A DNA stretch of 64,000 nucleotides, taken from the NCBI GenBank assembly GCA_951406725.2, contig OX597814.1:167028001-167092000 (forward strand), read 5' to 3'. Shown piece after piece: positions 50,629 through 64,000 of the stretch. A program made the position numbers and the translations under genes. The DNA comes from Octopus vulgaris (lineage: Eukaryota). Every line of letters begins with the position of its first letter. Within the stretch, counting starts at the first letter, position 1. Below the pieces are notes generated by a model that was not told the origin of the DNA, ran no database searches, and worked only from the letters and a program-made list of their open reading frames with translations.

Positions 50629-53304
50629 TTCCAGACAACATGGAATCTTCAGTGATTTTCAAACCTTCCCTAACCCTTACTTCTTTGATTTGATTTGATG
50701 TAGTGTCTTTCAGACTCTTATTTCCATAGAAAAATATACACTAAATAATCTTTTTATAAGAACCCATGATACCATCAACATGTTAACTCTAAAATAGCAT
50801 GCCACTACTAACACACATGCATTCATATCACTTAATGATACAAACAAAATCAGTCTGGCTCCCAGAGATACAAATTAGGAATGTTCAGGTTTCCTTATAT
50901 ACACTATTTCATTTACTTGGACAATGCAATATGTATGGATGAAGGCAGTGGAAAGGAGATCAACAAGACAGTAAAATAAAGGGTGAGAACAAAAATAAAA
51001 ATTTTAAGGTATAAATAAAGATGAGAACAGCAATTGTAATCAGACATAACAGAACAAAATGGTAAAATAGATGATGTACAGTATAAATAATAATCATCAT
51101 CATCGTTTAACATCCGTTTTCATAATCAGATTTATAGTCTCTATCCATCATATTGCATTTGTGATTCATTTGATCTAGCTTTTTCAAATGACCTTCCAAT
51201 TTAGAAATCCGAGTAAGTTTCACCACTCAAAACCTTGTAGAATTGCAGGAAGAAGGGGTTTTTTTTTTCAATCCAATGATAATTTTTAACCATTTTAAGC
51301 ACAAACACATTGTAATTAACAGGGAAATAAATATATTTATATTTTTTCAAAATTAACAAATAGTTAAAACCTCGTTTAATTTTCAACATTTATACTATCC
51401 ATAAAAAACAAAAAAAAATTAAGAAAACTGACCAGAGGTAAAAACACATAGACCAACAACAACCATTATCAGTTAAAAACATCTTGCAAAACATTTGTTT
51501 GATTTATACCTTTGGTGTTTAGAGAAATACTAATGAAACTTTCAACAGAGAAATAATGCTTGACACCAACAATTATTACTAATTTAAACATCTATTATTC
51601 CCACTTAAAACTTTCAATTAACAAAATTTTTGTCCACAGAAAATAAACATACATTACCATTGTTGTATTCAATGTCTACATTTCTGTGTTTTAGATCGGA
51701 TGAAATTTGCTTAGATGGACTTTATAAGACTAGATGTCCTCGTTGCCAACTCTCACCTATTTACATATGAGGTAATATTTCCTTATTTTTAGGAAAAATT
51801 GGAAGCAAAGGATACGACCTGTATGATGGTGACACATGCTTACAGCTATTACACACTATCAAGGCAAGGAGACAGTTTCTTGCTTTAGAAAACAGTCTCT
51901 CTTGTCTAAAAAGCTGGATAGTTATGACAGGAAGGCTTTCATAGTTGGACTGCTCAGTCATAGAATACAAAGCTGTCCCTTTCACGGAAATTTAAATTTT
52001 ACTGACTACCACAATTTGCCTTCAATTTCATAAAAAAAGTATAAATTTTCAAAAGGTAGTGAATTATGTTAGAAAGAGATCCAAAATGAAAATTAATATT
52101 TGAAGGATAGTCTGTGGATCAATTCTTAGTTGATAATTTAATATAATCTTTAATCCAATTCTTACCTTTAAGGATTTAAACTTCAAAATTATATACTGCA
52201 GTCAAGAAAAGTAGTGCAATCTGTTACTTGTAGCGCAATATAGTAACCTAAGATGACCAACCTAGTACATATAGACAACATATTAGGAACACCAAAAAGC
52301 CATTACAAAATATTTGTAGTTGTGATTGCTTTTTGCCTCCTATCATCTATCTAGACACACACACATATATGTACTTACATAAATGTTTTAAAGGAAGAAT
52401 ACAAACATGTCTTTAAAGGGACACTGTATATGTGAGAAATGTACAGATAGAACAAAATATTTGCATTATTTGTAAGAATATATTTTTTGCATAAACTGCA
52501 CTTAAAATTAGATAATAATATAAAGCCAACCTATTCTTATTTAAGATTTTTAATTCGCAAAATTAAATTTTCATTTAAAGAAAATACACATACTTCATAA
52601 TAGAAACCATTTTCTATATTGACATACATAAATGGGCAGTGAGTACTATTACAGAATACAATTGATTGTAACTGTTTTTCCCACCACCTAATTCTCTTTT
52701 TCCTTTCTTGCTCACTATAAAACCAGTTCCCTTTCACAGTCAGTAGTCTTCATTATTAATATATTTAATTTTCTATAATCAGAAATAGACCTGCTTGAAA
52801 AGATGTGCCCAACAGCAAAATTCCAGCTACAAGTTACATAGGTACAAAATTGTAGTCAGTTTACAATTTGGAGTATGCATTCATACACTGACAATAAATA
52901 TTTATATATATTCTCCCCACCAAACTAACCTTATGAGGACAGCTGAACCCAGCTTAGGGTGATTGATTGTCTAATAAAGGATAGGTTTACGCAGGTTGTA
53001 TCTTGAATAAATTTCCAAAAACAGTACTGAATAGGAAGATGTCCCTATTCCTTATACTTACAAAGCAGGAGTTACCTTCATTTAATGTTCAATTTTCTAT
53101 GCTTGATTGGGTCATAGAATTTGGTGAGGCAGATTTTCAACAGTCAGATACCTTTCCTGTCACCAACCTTCATGTTTCCAAGTAAAGTAATATTGCCTCA
53201 AGGCCAGATATGTTTTTCACAGAAGACACCACTTGTATGACAATGATGCTCATTTACAACCATCAAAGGCTCTCAAGGCAAAGGTAATATATAAACACAC
53301 ACAC

Positions 53305-54930
53305 ATAGCCTCTGTACTTGGCTTTTGTTGACTTGGAGAAAGCCTTTGACAGGGTCTCCCAATCCCTTATCTAGTGGTCAATGCGGAAACTAGGGATAAA
53401 CAAGTGGTCAGTGAAAGCTGTACAAGCCATGTAGAGGGATGCTACCAGTAAAGAGAGGGTTGCCAATGAGTACAGTGAAGAATTCAGAGTACAAGTAAAG
53501 GTTCACCAAGGATTGGTCGGCAGCCCCTCTTGTTCATCACAGTCCTCCAGGCAATAAAAGAGGAATTTAAGACAGGCTGCCCCTGGAAGCTCCTCTATGC
53601 TGATAATCTTGTTCGTATAGCTGAATCACTATCAGAACCAGAGAAGTTTCAGGTATGAAAGCAAGGTCTAGAATCAAAGGGCCTTAGAGTTAACCTAGTA
53701 AAAGTCAAAGTCTTAGTAAGTAGGAAGGCAGGATCACAAATCCCTTCAGGTAGACGGCCCTGCTCGATCCGTAGAAAAGGTGTAGGTAGAAACTCCATAA
53801 AATGTACTCAGTGTAAGCTATGGACACATAAGAGATGCAGCAATATCAGAGGAAGGTTAACAGAGAAAATAGCTTTTGTGTGTGGAGGATGCACAGGTAC
53901 AACAAACATCGAAAATGTACCGAAAATAGACTCCATCAACTGCCAGTGGGGTAAGCTAGAAGTAATAGATAGCTTCTGTTATCTAGGTGACCAAGTTAGT
54001 AGTGGAGGTGGATGCTCTGAGAGTGTAGCTGTGAGAATAAGATTAGGCTGAGCAAAGTTCAGAGAGCTCCTACCGCTGCTGACAACAAAGGGCCTCTCTG
54101 TCAGAGTGAAAGGCAGATTGTATGATGCCTGTGTGCAAACAGCTATGTTACACTGCAGTGAAACATGGGCTGTGACAGTTGAGAAGATGCATAGGCTTGA
54201 AAGAAATGAAGCCAGTATGCTTCGCTGGATGTGCAATGTCAGTGTGCATGCTCGATAGTGTAAGCATCTTGAGAGAAAAATTGGGCACGAGGCATTAGAC
54301 AACTGCACTGGTATGGTCATGTGATGCATATGGACAAGGACAGCTATGTAAAGAAGAGCCAATCTCTAAATGTGGAAGGAACCTGTGGTAGAAGTAGACC
54401 CAGCAAGACATGGGACAAGGTGGTGAAGCATGATCTTCAAACTTTGGGCCTCAGAGGCAATGACTAGTGACTGAGACCTTTGGCAATATGCTGTACTTGA
54501 GAAGACCCATCAAGCCAAGTGAAGTCATAGTGGCACCTGTGCTGGTGGCACATAAAAAGTACCTTTTGAGCATTGGGCATCATGGAGGCTAAGTGGTTGA
54601 TACCAGTGGCACGTGAAAAGCTTCTTTCAAGTGTTGGGCCTCACAGAGGCAATAACCGAGACCTTTGGTATTATGTTGTGTTTGAAAAGAAGATCCATCA
54701 AGCCAAGTAAAATCACAGTCATGGCAGATACTGGTGTCACACAAATGGCACCCATGTCAGTGGCACATAAAAGCACCCATTACACACTCGGAGTGGTTGG
54801 CATAAGGGCATCCAGCCATAGAAACCATGCCAAATCAGACTAGAGTCAGGTGCAGCCTCCCAGCTTGCCTGCCCTGGTTAAACCATCCAACCCAGGCAAG
54901 CATGGACAACACATTTGAGGATGATGCTGA
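53305..54930 (+). mobile_element. 5'-truncated RTE-clade LINE (RT pseudogene plus 3' UTR)
   Basis: LYLAFVDLEKAFDRV...VHQG...LLYADNLV and a PHD-like Cys/His cluster, with stops and frameshifts; the 3' UTR matches family B. Confidence 0.92.
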
Positions 54931-57559
54931 ACACATATTCATATATGACAAGCTTCTTTTCAATTTCTGGCTACCAAATCCACTCACAAGACTCTGGTGA
55001 GCCCAGGGCTATAGTAGAAGATACTTGTCCAAGGTACCATGAAGTAGGACTGAACCCAGGACCATGTGATTGGAAAGTAAGCTTAACTGTACAGTCATGC
55101 CTGCACCTATTTCCCATTGAATACTTTCAACCATGGAAGTAGGTGGTTTGACAGATCACACTGCATAGGTTTGGTGTATTCTGGTTAGTATTGTGATCAG
55201 CTGAGGCATATGTTTCAGTGAAGCAAATTTTACATATGATGTAAACTGCAGTCATGAAGATCATCACCAAAGAGTTTGGGTTCTGCATCTTTACTTTCCC
55301 TAGCAAGTGTCCTTTTGTATCTAACATGAGGTACACAGTACACCAATTTAATATACAATTATAAGAAAGAGAGGCAGGCTCTGTACAAACTTACACAAAA
55401 CCAATTTTTTGTGCATGTTAAACAACAACACTTTTTATTTGTCGAAGTTCTGTGGCAATGAAGTTAAGCTAATGGAACAGGGAAAGAGTTTCACTGACTG
55501 TTCTTAGGTCAAGCTTTGCACATGAGCGACGTGTTATCGAATATTGATGTTGTTCTTGATGGGAGGGTCTATCATACATACACACACACACAATATATTA
55601 TATACCACCACCTCCCCATATATAATATACAATATATAGAATAAATAGTTTCTTTCATTATAGTTGATGTAAATGTTGGTTGGTTGATTTCTCCAGTCAC
55701 CACTCTACATTGTAAAGAGAAGGAAAGAGACTAAAAGAGAGAGAGAGAGAATAAATATGAAAGGAGCAGGGTGAGTGCACATACTAGGCTTGGTGATAGG
55801 CAATGAGTAAATAAATACTCTCCACACACATACACAGTGTTGGAGAGAAAAAAATCAAGAGAGATGGGGAGAAGGAAAAGGAGGGAAGTAAATCACAGCA
55901 TAATTAAGGGAGGAGTTAAATGAAAATTTGTTTTATTTCATTTTAAGGTAATAAATATTTTTCTTTTGAAAATTAGTATTCATTTCATCATTTTGTACAA
56001 ACAAGAAATTTGATAAGTTAAATTCTCATTATTGCATGTATACCAAATTTCCTGGCAGCAAAAGTATATTACTCACCATATGACAAGTAACACTTTAGTG
56101 TGTGTCTATAAAATATACATTACTTGTGTGTGTTATATTACAGTGAGTTGTTTCTGGAAGCTTGTTGAAGACAAACATCACTAACAAGATTGTTTAGAAA
56201 CAAATCTGTCCAGGTTTGTAAATAATGTATTTCCTATATATACACTGTGATGTGTAGACTTTTTCAAATATTTAATTTGCATATTTTTCATATAGATGTA
56301 TATTGTAACTTTGTTGCATATGTTTCATGTAGAAGTTTATCATATATTTGAATACTCTTCAACTACACAGTGGAATTGTTCTATACTCCACTAGTATTTT
56401 AAATACTATTTATATTCAAGTATCATTATTTTACATCTGCTTTCCATACTGGAAGGGGTTGGATGGATTGCCAAGTCTTTATATGGAGTTGCTGCCCTTT
56501 CAGATGGACCAGAGGGACAAATCTCACTCATGCATTTCATTTTCAGCAAGTTTTCTATGGCTGGATTCCTTTTCTCAAGCCAATTATTCTAGGGTTCATT
56601 TTATCATAACACCAGCACTAAAAAGGTTGCCATGTCGTTGATAAAATTAAAGAATCCTTTCTCAGTAGAATTGGTTGTCAATGAGTTTACAGAATGTACT
56701 GGGTGCATTTTATCATGGCACCTTGTCCTAAGCAAGACTAAAGAGTCCTCTCTGCTCCGTTTCAATTCATTTATGGCAAACATAAAGAATTTAAACAAAA
56801 GACAGAAAGAACCAAGAAAAATAAGGCAAGTATGAATATGATGGAAGAAACAATGATAAGAGCAGAGAAAAAAAGACAGTGATATGCAGCTACATGTTGC
56901 TTGTTGTTAAGGAGACTAAACAGAAAACAACATGAGTGGCATGATGTGAAAGAGACAGTGACGGGAGGAGTCATGGAAGTGAGGGACAAGGGTGCTTGTC
57001 AACAATGAGTGATAGAAGAGGGTAGTAATGTATGCATGAGATAGAAAAGAATAGCAATAAAAATAAGTGATAGTAAGAAAGAGTAAAGGATGGATGGTGA
57101 CAGAGATCAATGATGCTAAGAGAGGATGGTGGATGTCAAAAGAGTGACATGGGGAGCAGAGAGATGACAAGCAGTAAAGAAGGGTAAAAGCAAGACGATT
57201 GAATCATTAACTTAACTGAACTTTTCTTACCCTCACGTTAAAAATATAATATGCAGGCATGGATGTCCAGTTAAGAAGGCTGCATTGTAACCACATGGTT
57301 GCAAAGTCTCATTTTGTGGCACCTTGGGCAAGTGATTTCTACTATAGCCTTGCACGCGAATTTCATAAATGAATGGAAGCGCCTTATATATATATGTGTG
57401 AGTGAGTGAAAGTACACATGCATATATGCAAACAAATCATTGGACATTTCACAGTATCACTTGTCACCAGCTGAGTGAAATGGTGGTGTTTACATTCCTT
57501 GTTGCACTGCACTTTCAAAGACCTGTGAAATAAAAAATAAACCCAAAACGTACTCACAG

Positions 57560-58000
57560 TTGTGCATATCAAGTTCCTGTTATCCCTGATAACCCTAGAG
57601 TCTATGAGTAACAATGATCATGTTATACAAACTTTCTTCTTTTAGAACCTCAAGGTCTATACCATTGCCCACACCAAGTTGTTGGAGATGCTGACCAAGT
57701 CTTGGATGAGGTGTTGCCTGAGGAAGGCCATACATACAATACCAGGAATCTTCTCCATAACATGGCTCTCACAACCAAAGTGACAAACCAAGACATTTTA
57801 CTATGATGTGACTCCCAACAAGTGACCATCTAGCTCTCCTGATTTAAACCCCTAGAACTACCATGTTTTGGGTAGTCCTAAATTCACTGATGGTTGCCTT
57901 CTAGGATGTGAAAGACAACATAAGAACTATCTGATCCTCACATATAGGCACTTCAGTGGCTGTATTGAGGTTCAGGATGGTTTTATTCAAGAAGCTGTTT
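57560..58000 (+). mobile_element. Tc1-like transposase remnant
   Basis: *PSSSPDLNP*NYHVLG corresponds to the WPxxSPDLNPxDY motif. Confidence 0.65.
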
Positions 58001-58945
58001 CATCATCATCATCATCGTTTAACGTCCATTTTCCATGCTAGCATGGGTTGGATGGTTTGACCGGGGTCTGGGAAGCCAGAAGGCTGCACCAAGCTCCAGT
58101 CTGATCTGGCAGTGTTTCTACATCTGGATGCCCTTCCTAACGCCAACCACTCCGTGAGTGTAGTGGGTGCTTTTTACATGCCACCAGCACAGGTGCCAGG
58201 CGAGGCTGGCAGCAGCCACGATCGGTTGGTGCTTTTTACGTGCCATACAGCTGAACATGTATACCATTTTTTCTGGTATTTAATAGCTTTCCAAATATTT
58301 TATAGTCCCCCAATTAACTAGTTTTTATACATATAAGTGTGTCTGTGTTCCTGTATCATCATTTAATGTCCATGTTGGTATGGGTTGGACAGTTTGACAG
58401 AGATTGCCCACTGCCCGGGCTCCATGTCTATTTTTGACACGATTTCTATAGCTGGATGCCCTTCCTAACATCAACCACTTTACAGAGTGTACTAAATGTC
58501 TTTACACAGCACTGGCATGGGTGCTTTTACATGGCAACAGTACAGATGCATTTTATATGGTACCAGCACCCACAAGCCTGCAAGATTAGGAACGCTCAGC
58601 TGAAGTGGGATGCAGGGAACATGCCTGTATGCAAGGATGACTGCATATCTACTTAGCTTGATGCGTCTTCTTAAGCATAGCAAACTACCAGTAAGTCTTG
58701 GTCCCCTGTCATCCCCTCTGTGAGGCCCAATATCTGAAGATCCTTTCTCTCCACTTCATCTATCTTCCTAAGTCTACCTTTTCCACACATTCCTTCCACA
58801 ATTAGCGCTCAGCACTTCTTGATACAATCATCTTCATATGCATTACATGACCATACCAGCACAGTCCTCTCTCTTGCACACTACATCTGATGCGTTGTAT
58901 ACCTAGTCCTTCTCTCAAAATACTTGCACTCTGTTGTATACGCAC
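58000..58945 (-). mobile_element. Two RTE 3' fragments
   Basis: (CAT)n starts near 58000 and 58355, with family B motifs. Confidence 0.8.
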
Positions 58946-59377
58946 ATTTAAAAAAAACTAAGATAACCAAACTTTAAAGCAACACACGCAATATACAAAG
59001 TAGAATGGAAATATGTAGAATTGAAATTGATAGCACTTATAAACACTAATCAGGTTTCCTTCTTTTTAGAAGTTATCTCACCAGTTTAATTCACTGATTC
59101 CATATGCTAAGGGAATTAATATTTAATAACAGATTCCAGTTTATAAAGTTACTTATAAAACTAATTTTCAAATATATTCCCTGAGATATGGCTGCTCATT
59201 TATTAATAGTTTTATTGGTACAGCAACTTTAAAGTAATGCAAAATCTCCAAAATATAAATCCCAATATGAAATAAGAAAGATGTAATGGTTTACAACTGA
59301 AATGAATTGAAGCTGTTAAAAACAAATAAACTCTCTGCACAAGCTGTGTAAGAGAGAAATCTTCAGTCACAGAGCTT

Positions 59378-60590
59378 CATCATCATCAACATTTAACGTC
59401 CGTTTTCCATGCAGGGATGAGTTGGGTGGTTCAACCAAGGTAAGGGAAGCCAGGAGGCTGCACCAGGCTCCAGTCTGATATGGCAGTGTTTCTACAGCTG
59501 GATGCCCTTCCTAACGCCAACCACTCCATGAGTGTAGTGGGTGCTTTTTATGTGCCTCCGACACAGGGGCCAAGGGTGGCTGGCAATGGCCACGATCGGT
59601 TGGTGCTTTTTACATGCCACCAGCAACAGAAGCCAGTCAAGGCAGCACTGGCATTGGCCACGTTCGGATGGTGCTTTTTACGTGCCACCGGCACGGGTAT
59701 CACAACTACAATTCCCATTTGAATTATATTTTGATGTTGATGTACTTGACTCAATAGGTCACCTCAAGCACAGCAGGTCGCCCCATGATCCAAGGTAAGC
59801 ACAGCAGGCTGTCCTGCAATCCGAGGTACTTTGGATGGGCTGGGCTTTTTATGTGAAGCTGATGCAAGAAACAGCCATGAACTCATGTTATTTGTCGGGT
59901 CTTCACAGTCACAGCATATTTCCAGAGGTCTCAATCTTTCGTCATTGCCTCTGTGAGGCCCAACATTCGAAGGTCATGCTTGACCACCTCATCCCATGTC
60001 TTCCTGGGTCTACCTCTACCCCGGATTCCTTCAACTGTTTGGGAGTGGCACTTCTTCACACATCTCTCCTCATCCATCTGTAGTACATGACCAAACTAGC
60101 GCAAACATCTCTCTTGCACGCCACATCCAATGCATCTTATGTCCAACATTTCTCTCAGGGTGCTTACACTCTGTCATGTGTGCACACTGACATTACACAT
60201 CCAGCGGATCATGCTAACTTCATTTCTTTCGAGCCTACGCATGTCCTGCACAGTCACAGCCTATGTTTCACTGCCATGAAGCATGGCAGTTCACACACAT
60301 GCGTCGTACAATCTACCTTTCACTCTGAGTGAGAGACCCTTTGTCACCAGTAGGGATAGAAACTTTCTAAACTTTGCCCAGGCTATTCTTATTCTAGTGG
60401 TGACACTCTCTGAGCATCCACCTCCACTACTGACTTGGTCACCTCGGTAGTGGAAGCTATCAACTACTTCTAGTTTCTCACCCTGGATTGTGATGGAATC
60501 TGTTTTCTGAGTAGCTGTGGTGTCTATTGCCCCTGTGCATCTGCCACACACGAAAGCTATCTTCTTAGTTAATTTTCCTTTGACGTTGCT
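59378..60590 (-). mobile_element. 5'-truncated RTE LINE
   Basis: ORF 60291..60551 reads GEKLEVVDSFHYRGDQVSSGGGCSESVTTRIRIAWAKF..KGRLYDACV; (GAT)n tail. Confidence 0.9.
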
Positions 60591-60856
60591 CGGTTGTTAA
60601 AAACAAAAATTGATTCAGAAAATATAATTAAACTTCATCAAAAACTAATAAGTATCACAAAGGGCAATCAGATACAAAACACCTACTCTAATACAGTATG
60701 ATAAATTTAAATACTGTCAAGTTTTATCCATGGTTAACTGAGCCAACACAGCTGTTGATAATATACATAATTCTTCATTCATATATATCATTGAGTTTTA
60801 TTGTTTAAAAAAAGTCAATATCATTAAATGATTGTTTTTAATATCATCCAATGTTA

Positions 60857-61428
60857 ATTATTCATTCATTAATTAGGGCTTATAACAGAACCTAATTTTA
60901 TTTCCAACAGTGAATTCTTGAATTTAAATAACCACATTGATAAAGCTTATTATATTTCGTTTTTGGATTTGGTTTGCAAGATTCTTTATGTGAGTTCATG
61001 TGTTGAAGCATATTCTGTTGTGTCTGGGGAGAGTTGTTTTCTTTTTGTGCCTTATAATTTAACACACTCACCAGTAAAATTTCCCCTTATTCCTTATTTT
61101 TATTTTTCTAAAATTTTCATTGCGTCTTGCAACCTGTTCAATAGTCTTGACACTGTTCATTATTTCGTTGCAAGACGCAACGAAAATTTTAGGAAAATAA
61201 AAATAAGGAATAAGTGGAAATTTTACTGGTGAGTGTGTTAAATTATAAGGCACAAAAAAAAGAAAACGACTCTCCCCAGACACAACAGATGAACCCACAT
61301 AAAGAATCTTGCAAACCAAATCCAAAAACGAAATATAAGCTTTATCAATGTGGTTATTTAAATTCAAGAATTCACTGTTGGAAACAAAATTAGGTTCTAT
61401 TATAAGCCCTAATTAATAAATGAATAAT
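60857..61428. repeat. Long inverted repeat (arms about 277 and 262 bp, 33-bp spacer)
   Basis: 60857-61133 is the reverse complement of 61167-61428; mirrored ORFs in the track confirm this. Confidence 0.95.
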
Positions 61429-61824
61429 AATAATTAAGTAAAAATGAATAATGTGTTGGTATCACTTTCTTCTGCTTATTCATTCCTCCATTCATTTTTC
61501 CCATCACATTCACAAGTGCCTTAACTCATATCCATACTAACTTCTCTTAGCTTAGCATCCCGTTTCTTTTGGACGCTACATTTTACTCCCTCCACCCTTC
61601 CCAACTTCTACTAATGGCATTACCCTGTTGTCTCAGTGTACTAGTAAAAATGAAGGTCTGCAAAAAAATTACATCACAACCCATGCAACATAACTCTTTT
61701 ACCTACTAGTAGATGCATTAGTGGCTTAGCATTATAGCCCTTAATTTAGAAATGAAGGTCATGAACATAATATGCAGTCTATGCATATATACAGTGATCA
61801 GAAACCACTAATTGAAATGTTATA

Positions 61825-62455
61825 CTCTTTACTCTTTTACTTGTTTCAGTCATTTGACTGTGGCCATGCTGGAGCGCCGCCTTTAGTCGAGCAAATCAAC
61901 CCCAGGACTTATTCTTTGGAAGCCTAGTACTTATTATATCGGTCTCTTTTGCCGAACTGCTAGTTATGGGGATGTAAACACACCAGCATCAGTTTCCAAG
62001 CGATGCTGGGGGGGGACAAACACAGACACGACATGTGTAAAAGATTCGAGCGAGGTCTTTGCCAGTACCGCCTGACTGGTCCCGTGCCGGTGGCACGTAA
62101 AAGCATCCACTACACTCTCAGAGTGGTTGGCTTTAGGAAGGGCATCCAACTGTAGAAACTGCCAGATCAAGACTGAAGCCTGGTGCAGCCATCTGGTTCA
62201 CTAGCCCTCAGTCAAATCGTTCAACCCATGCTAGCATGGAAAGCGGACGTTAAACGATGATGATGATGATACGACAGGCTTCTTTCAGTTTCCGTCTACC
62301 AAATCCACTCAAAAGGCTTTGGTCGGCCTGAAGCTATAGTAGAAGACACTTGCCCATGGTGCTACGCAGTGGGACTGAATCCAGAACCATGTTGTTTGTA
62401 AGCAAGCTACTTACCACACAGCCACTCTTATGCCTATACACAGCCACTCCTACGC
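61825..62455 (-). mobile_element. SINE family A with nested RTE 3' end (62030-62270, +)
   Basis: SINE halves flank a (GAT)n-tailed insert. Confidence 0.88.
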
Positions 62456-62529
62456 CTATATGTAAATTTATGATGTAAAAAGTGTTCCATTTCCAGAGAT
62501 CTTATTTTTTTCCCTTATAAAAAATAAAT

Positions 62530-63125
62530 TATCATCATCATTTAACATCCATTGTCCATGCTGGCATGGGCTGGACAATTTGGCCAGATCTGGCAAGCCA
62601 GGAGCTGCACCAGATTCCAGTCTGATTTGGCATGGTTTCTACAGCTGGATGCCCTTCTTAATGCCAACCACTTTACAGAGTGTGTTGGGGTGCATTTACA
62701 TGGCACCACACAGGCACTTTTATGAGGCACTGCCATGAGTGCTTTTCACCACCAGAGGGACAAATCTCAACATTTCTGCTGCGGAATACGGGTGCCAAGG
62801 TTCTCGGTCCTCAGTCATCTCACCTGAAAGGTTCAACATCTTGAAGTCATTGTTCAGTACTTCATCCTATGTCTTCCTGAGTCTCCCACTTCTATGTGTT
62901 CTATCTACTTTGAGAGACTGGTACCCATTTGAATCACAAAACCAAACCAGCATAGTCTTCTCTCTTGTACACAACAACTAACTCCTCATGCCTAACTTCT
63001 CTCTCAAAACACTAGCACTCTGTCGAACATGTGCACTTACATTACACATCCAGCAGAGCATACTAGCCTCATTCCTTTCTAACCTTTGCATGTCCTCTGC
63101 ATTCAGGGCCCACATCTCACACGTT
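62530..63125 (-). mobile_element. RTE LINE 3' fragment
   Basis: ETCEMWALNAEDMQRLERNEASMLCWMCNVS..LREKLG. Confidence 0.85.
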
Positions 63126-63934
63126 TCTATTTTATCCAACATTACAATAATGTAAAATACCTTACAAAATGATAAAATGTCACAAGTTTTTAAATTAACA
63201 ACAGGGGCAATGGAAGCCAAAGAGAATAGGGGTTACTAACAAAAAAAAACACACAGACAGAGCAGTCAAAAAGAGATAAACTTTTTGATCCAACAAAAAC
63301 AATGAATAAAAGGCAGAGAGAATTGAATATAGTAGATGGCAGCCATTACAAGTAGGAAGTAAAAACAAAAATATACATGCACTTTGTAACCTTCACTGAA
63401 ATTTCAGTTACTGCTTTCAGAGTAACACTCATAACACCAATCAATTCAGTCATGTCTTATATTGGACAGTCAATCATAATCAAAACCTGCCAGTCTACCA
63501 AGTTTGTGATTTTTTCATTTATAGTGACCAAGCAATTGTGTATGTGTATACAGTCCTGTTCAAAAGATATTTATTACTATCTAGTCCAAAGGTAAAGAAA
63601 CAAACAAGTCCATAACCTGTTTAGGATCACCCATATTGATAGAATCGATACAGCTCAACTTGAACTTGTGCAGGTTGCAGCTGGCTGCAATACTAGCAGG
63701 AAGTTTCACAGAATTATTGTTCTGAAGATGAAGGATTGGTAAAGCTATTTAGCATGCCCCTTGGTGGGAAAAACAAAGTAAGAATGACAAAATGTGAAGG
63801 GTTCAAGTATAGGATGAACTTAGATAAGGAAGGGATGCAGCTTACAACTTCAGAGGATCAGTGCTGGTGAGTGAGGGTTTTGCCATCCAGTCAGATGATC
63901 CATTACTGAACAAGATCTAGAATGTGCATGTGTG

Positions 63935-63983
<49 letters not shown>

Positions 63984-64000
63984 GGGCAAAGGAAAGTGAT

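Noticed and set aside
60918-61367. Two similar ~100-aa ORFs on opposite strands
   Set aside because: A by-product of the palindrome; no recognisable protein features.
45200-64000. A second, divergent protein-coding gene
   Set aside because: No chain of plus-strand exons with recognisable protein similarity was found; short exons could have been missed by eye.

Overview
AT-rich, repeat-dense animal DNA. The tRNA-derived SINE families, (GAT)n-tailed RTE 3' ends and (TA)/(CA) microsatellites resemble Octopus (inference from repeat style). The only host gene I can support is a COPII cargo adaptor Sec24 (SEC24A/B type) on the minus strand. Ten phase-compatible GT-AG exons between 30184 and 1139 encode about 674 aa: a Pro/Gln-rich N-terminus, the CxxC...CxxC zinc finger and the start of the trunk (vWA) domain. 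The rest of the gene lies left of the window. A CpG-retaining stretch at about 42950-45120 is the likely promoter region. The remainder is SINEs, RTE/CR1/Penelope remnants, mariner/Tc1/pogo/hAT/piggyBac remnants and two Merlin-like MITEs. The most interesting items are three frame-preserving candidate exons (36, 123 and 114 nt) and inverted SINEs bracketing an exon set that would back-splice into a stop-free, AUG-containing circle. There is also a 572-bp palindrome, a 71-nt near-perfect hairpin, and a 173-bp chimera copied from sites about 1.34 kb to either side. I found no convincing evidence of a wholly new multi-gene system. Repeat boundaries are approximate and all translations were done by eye.
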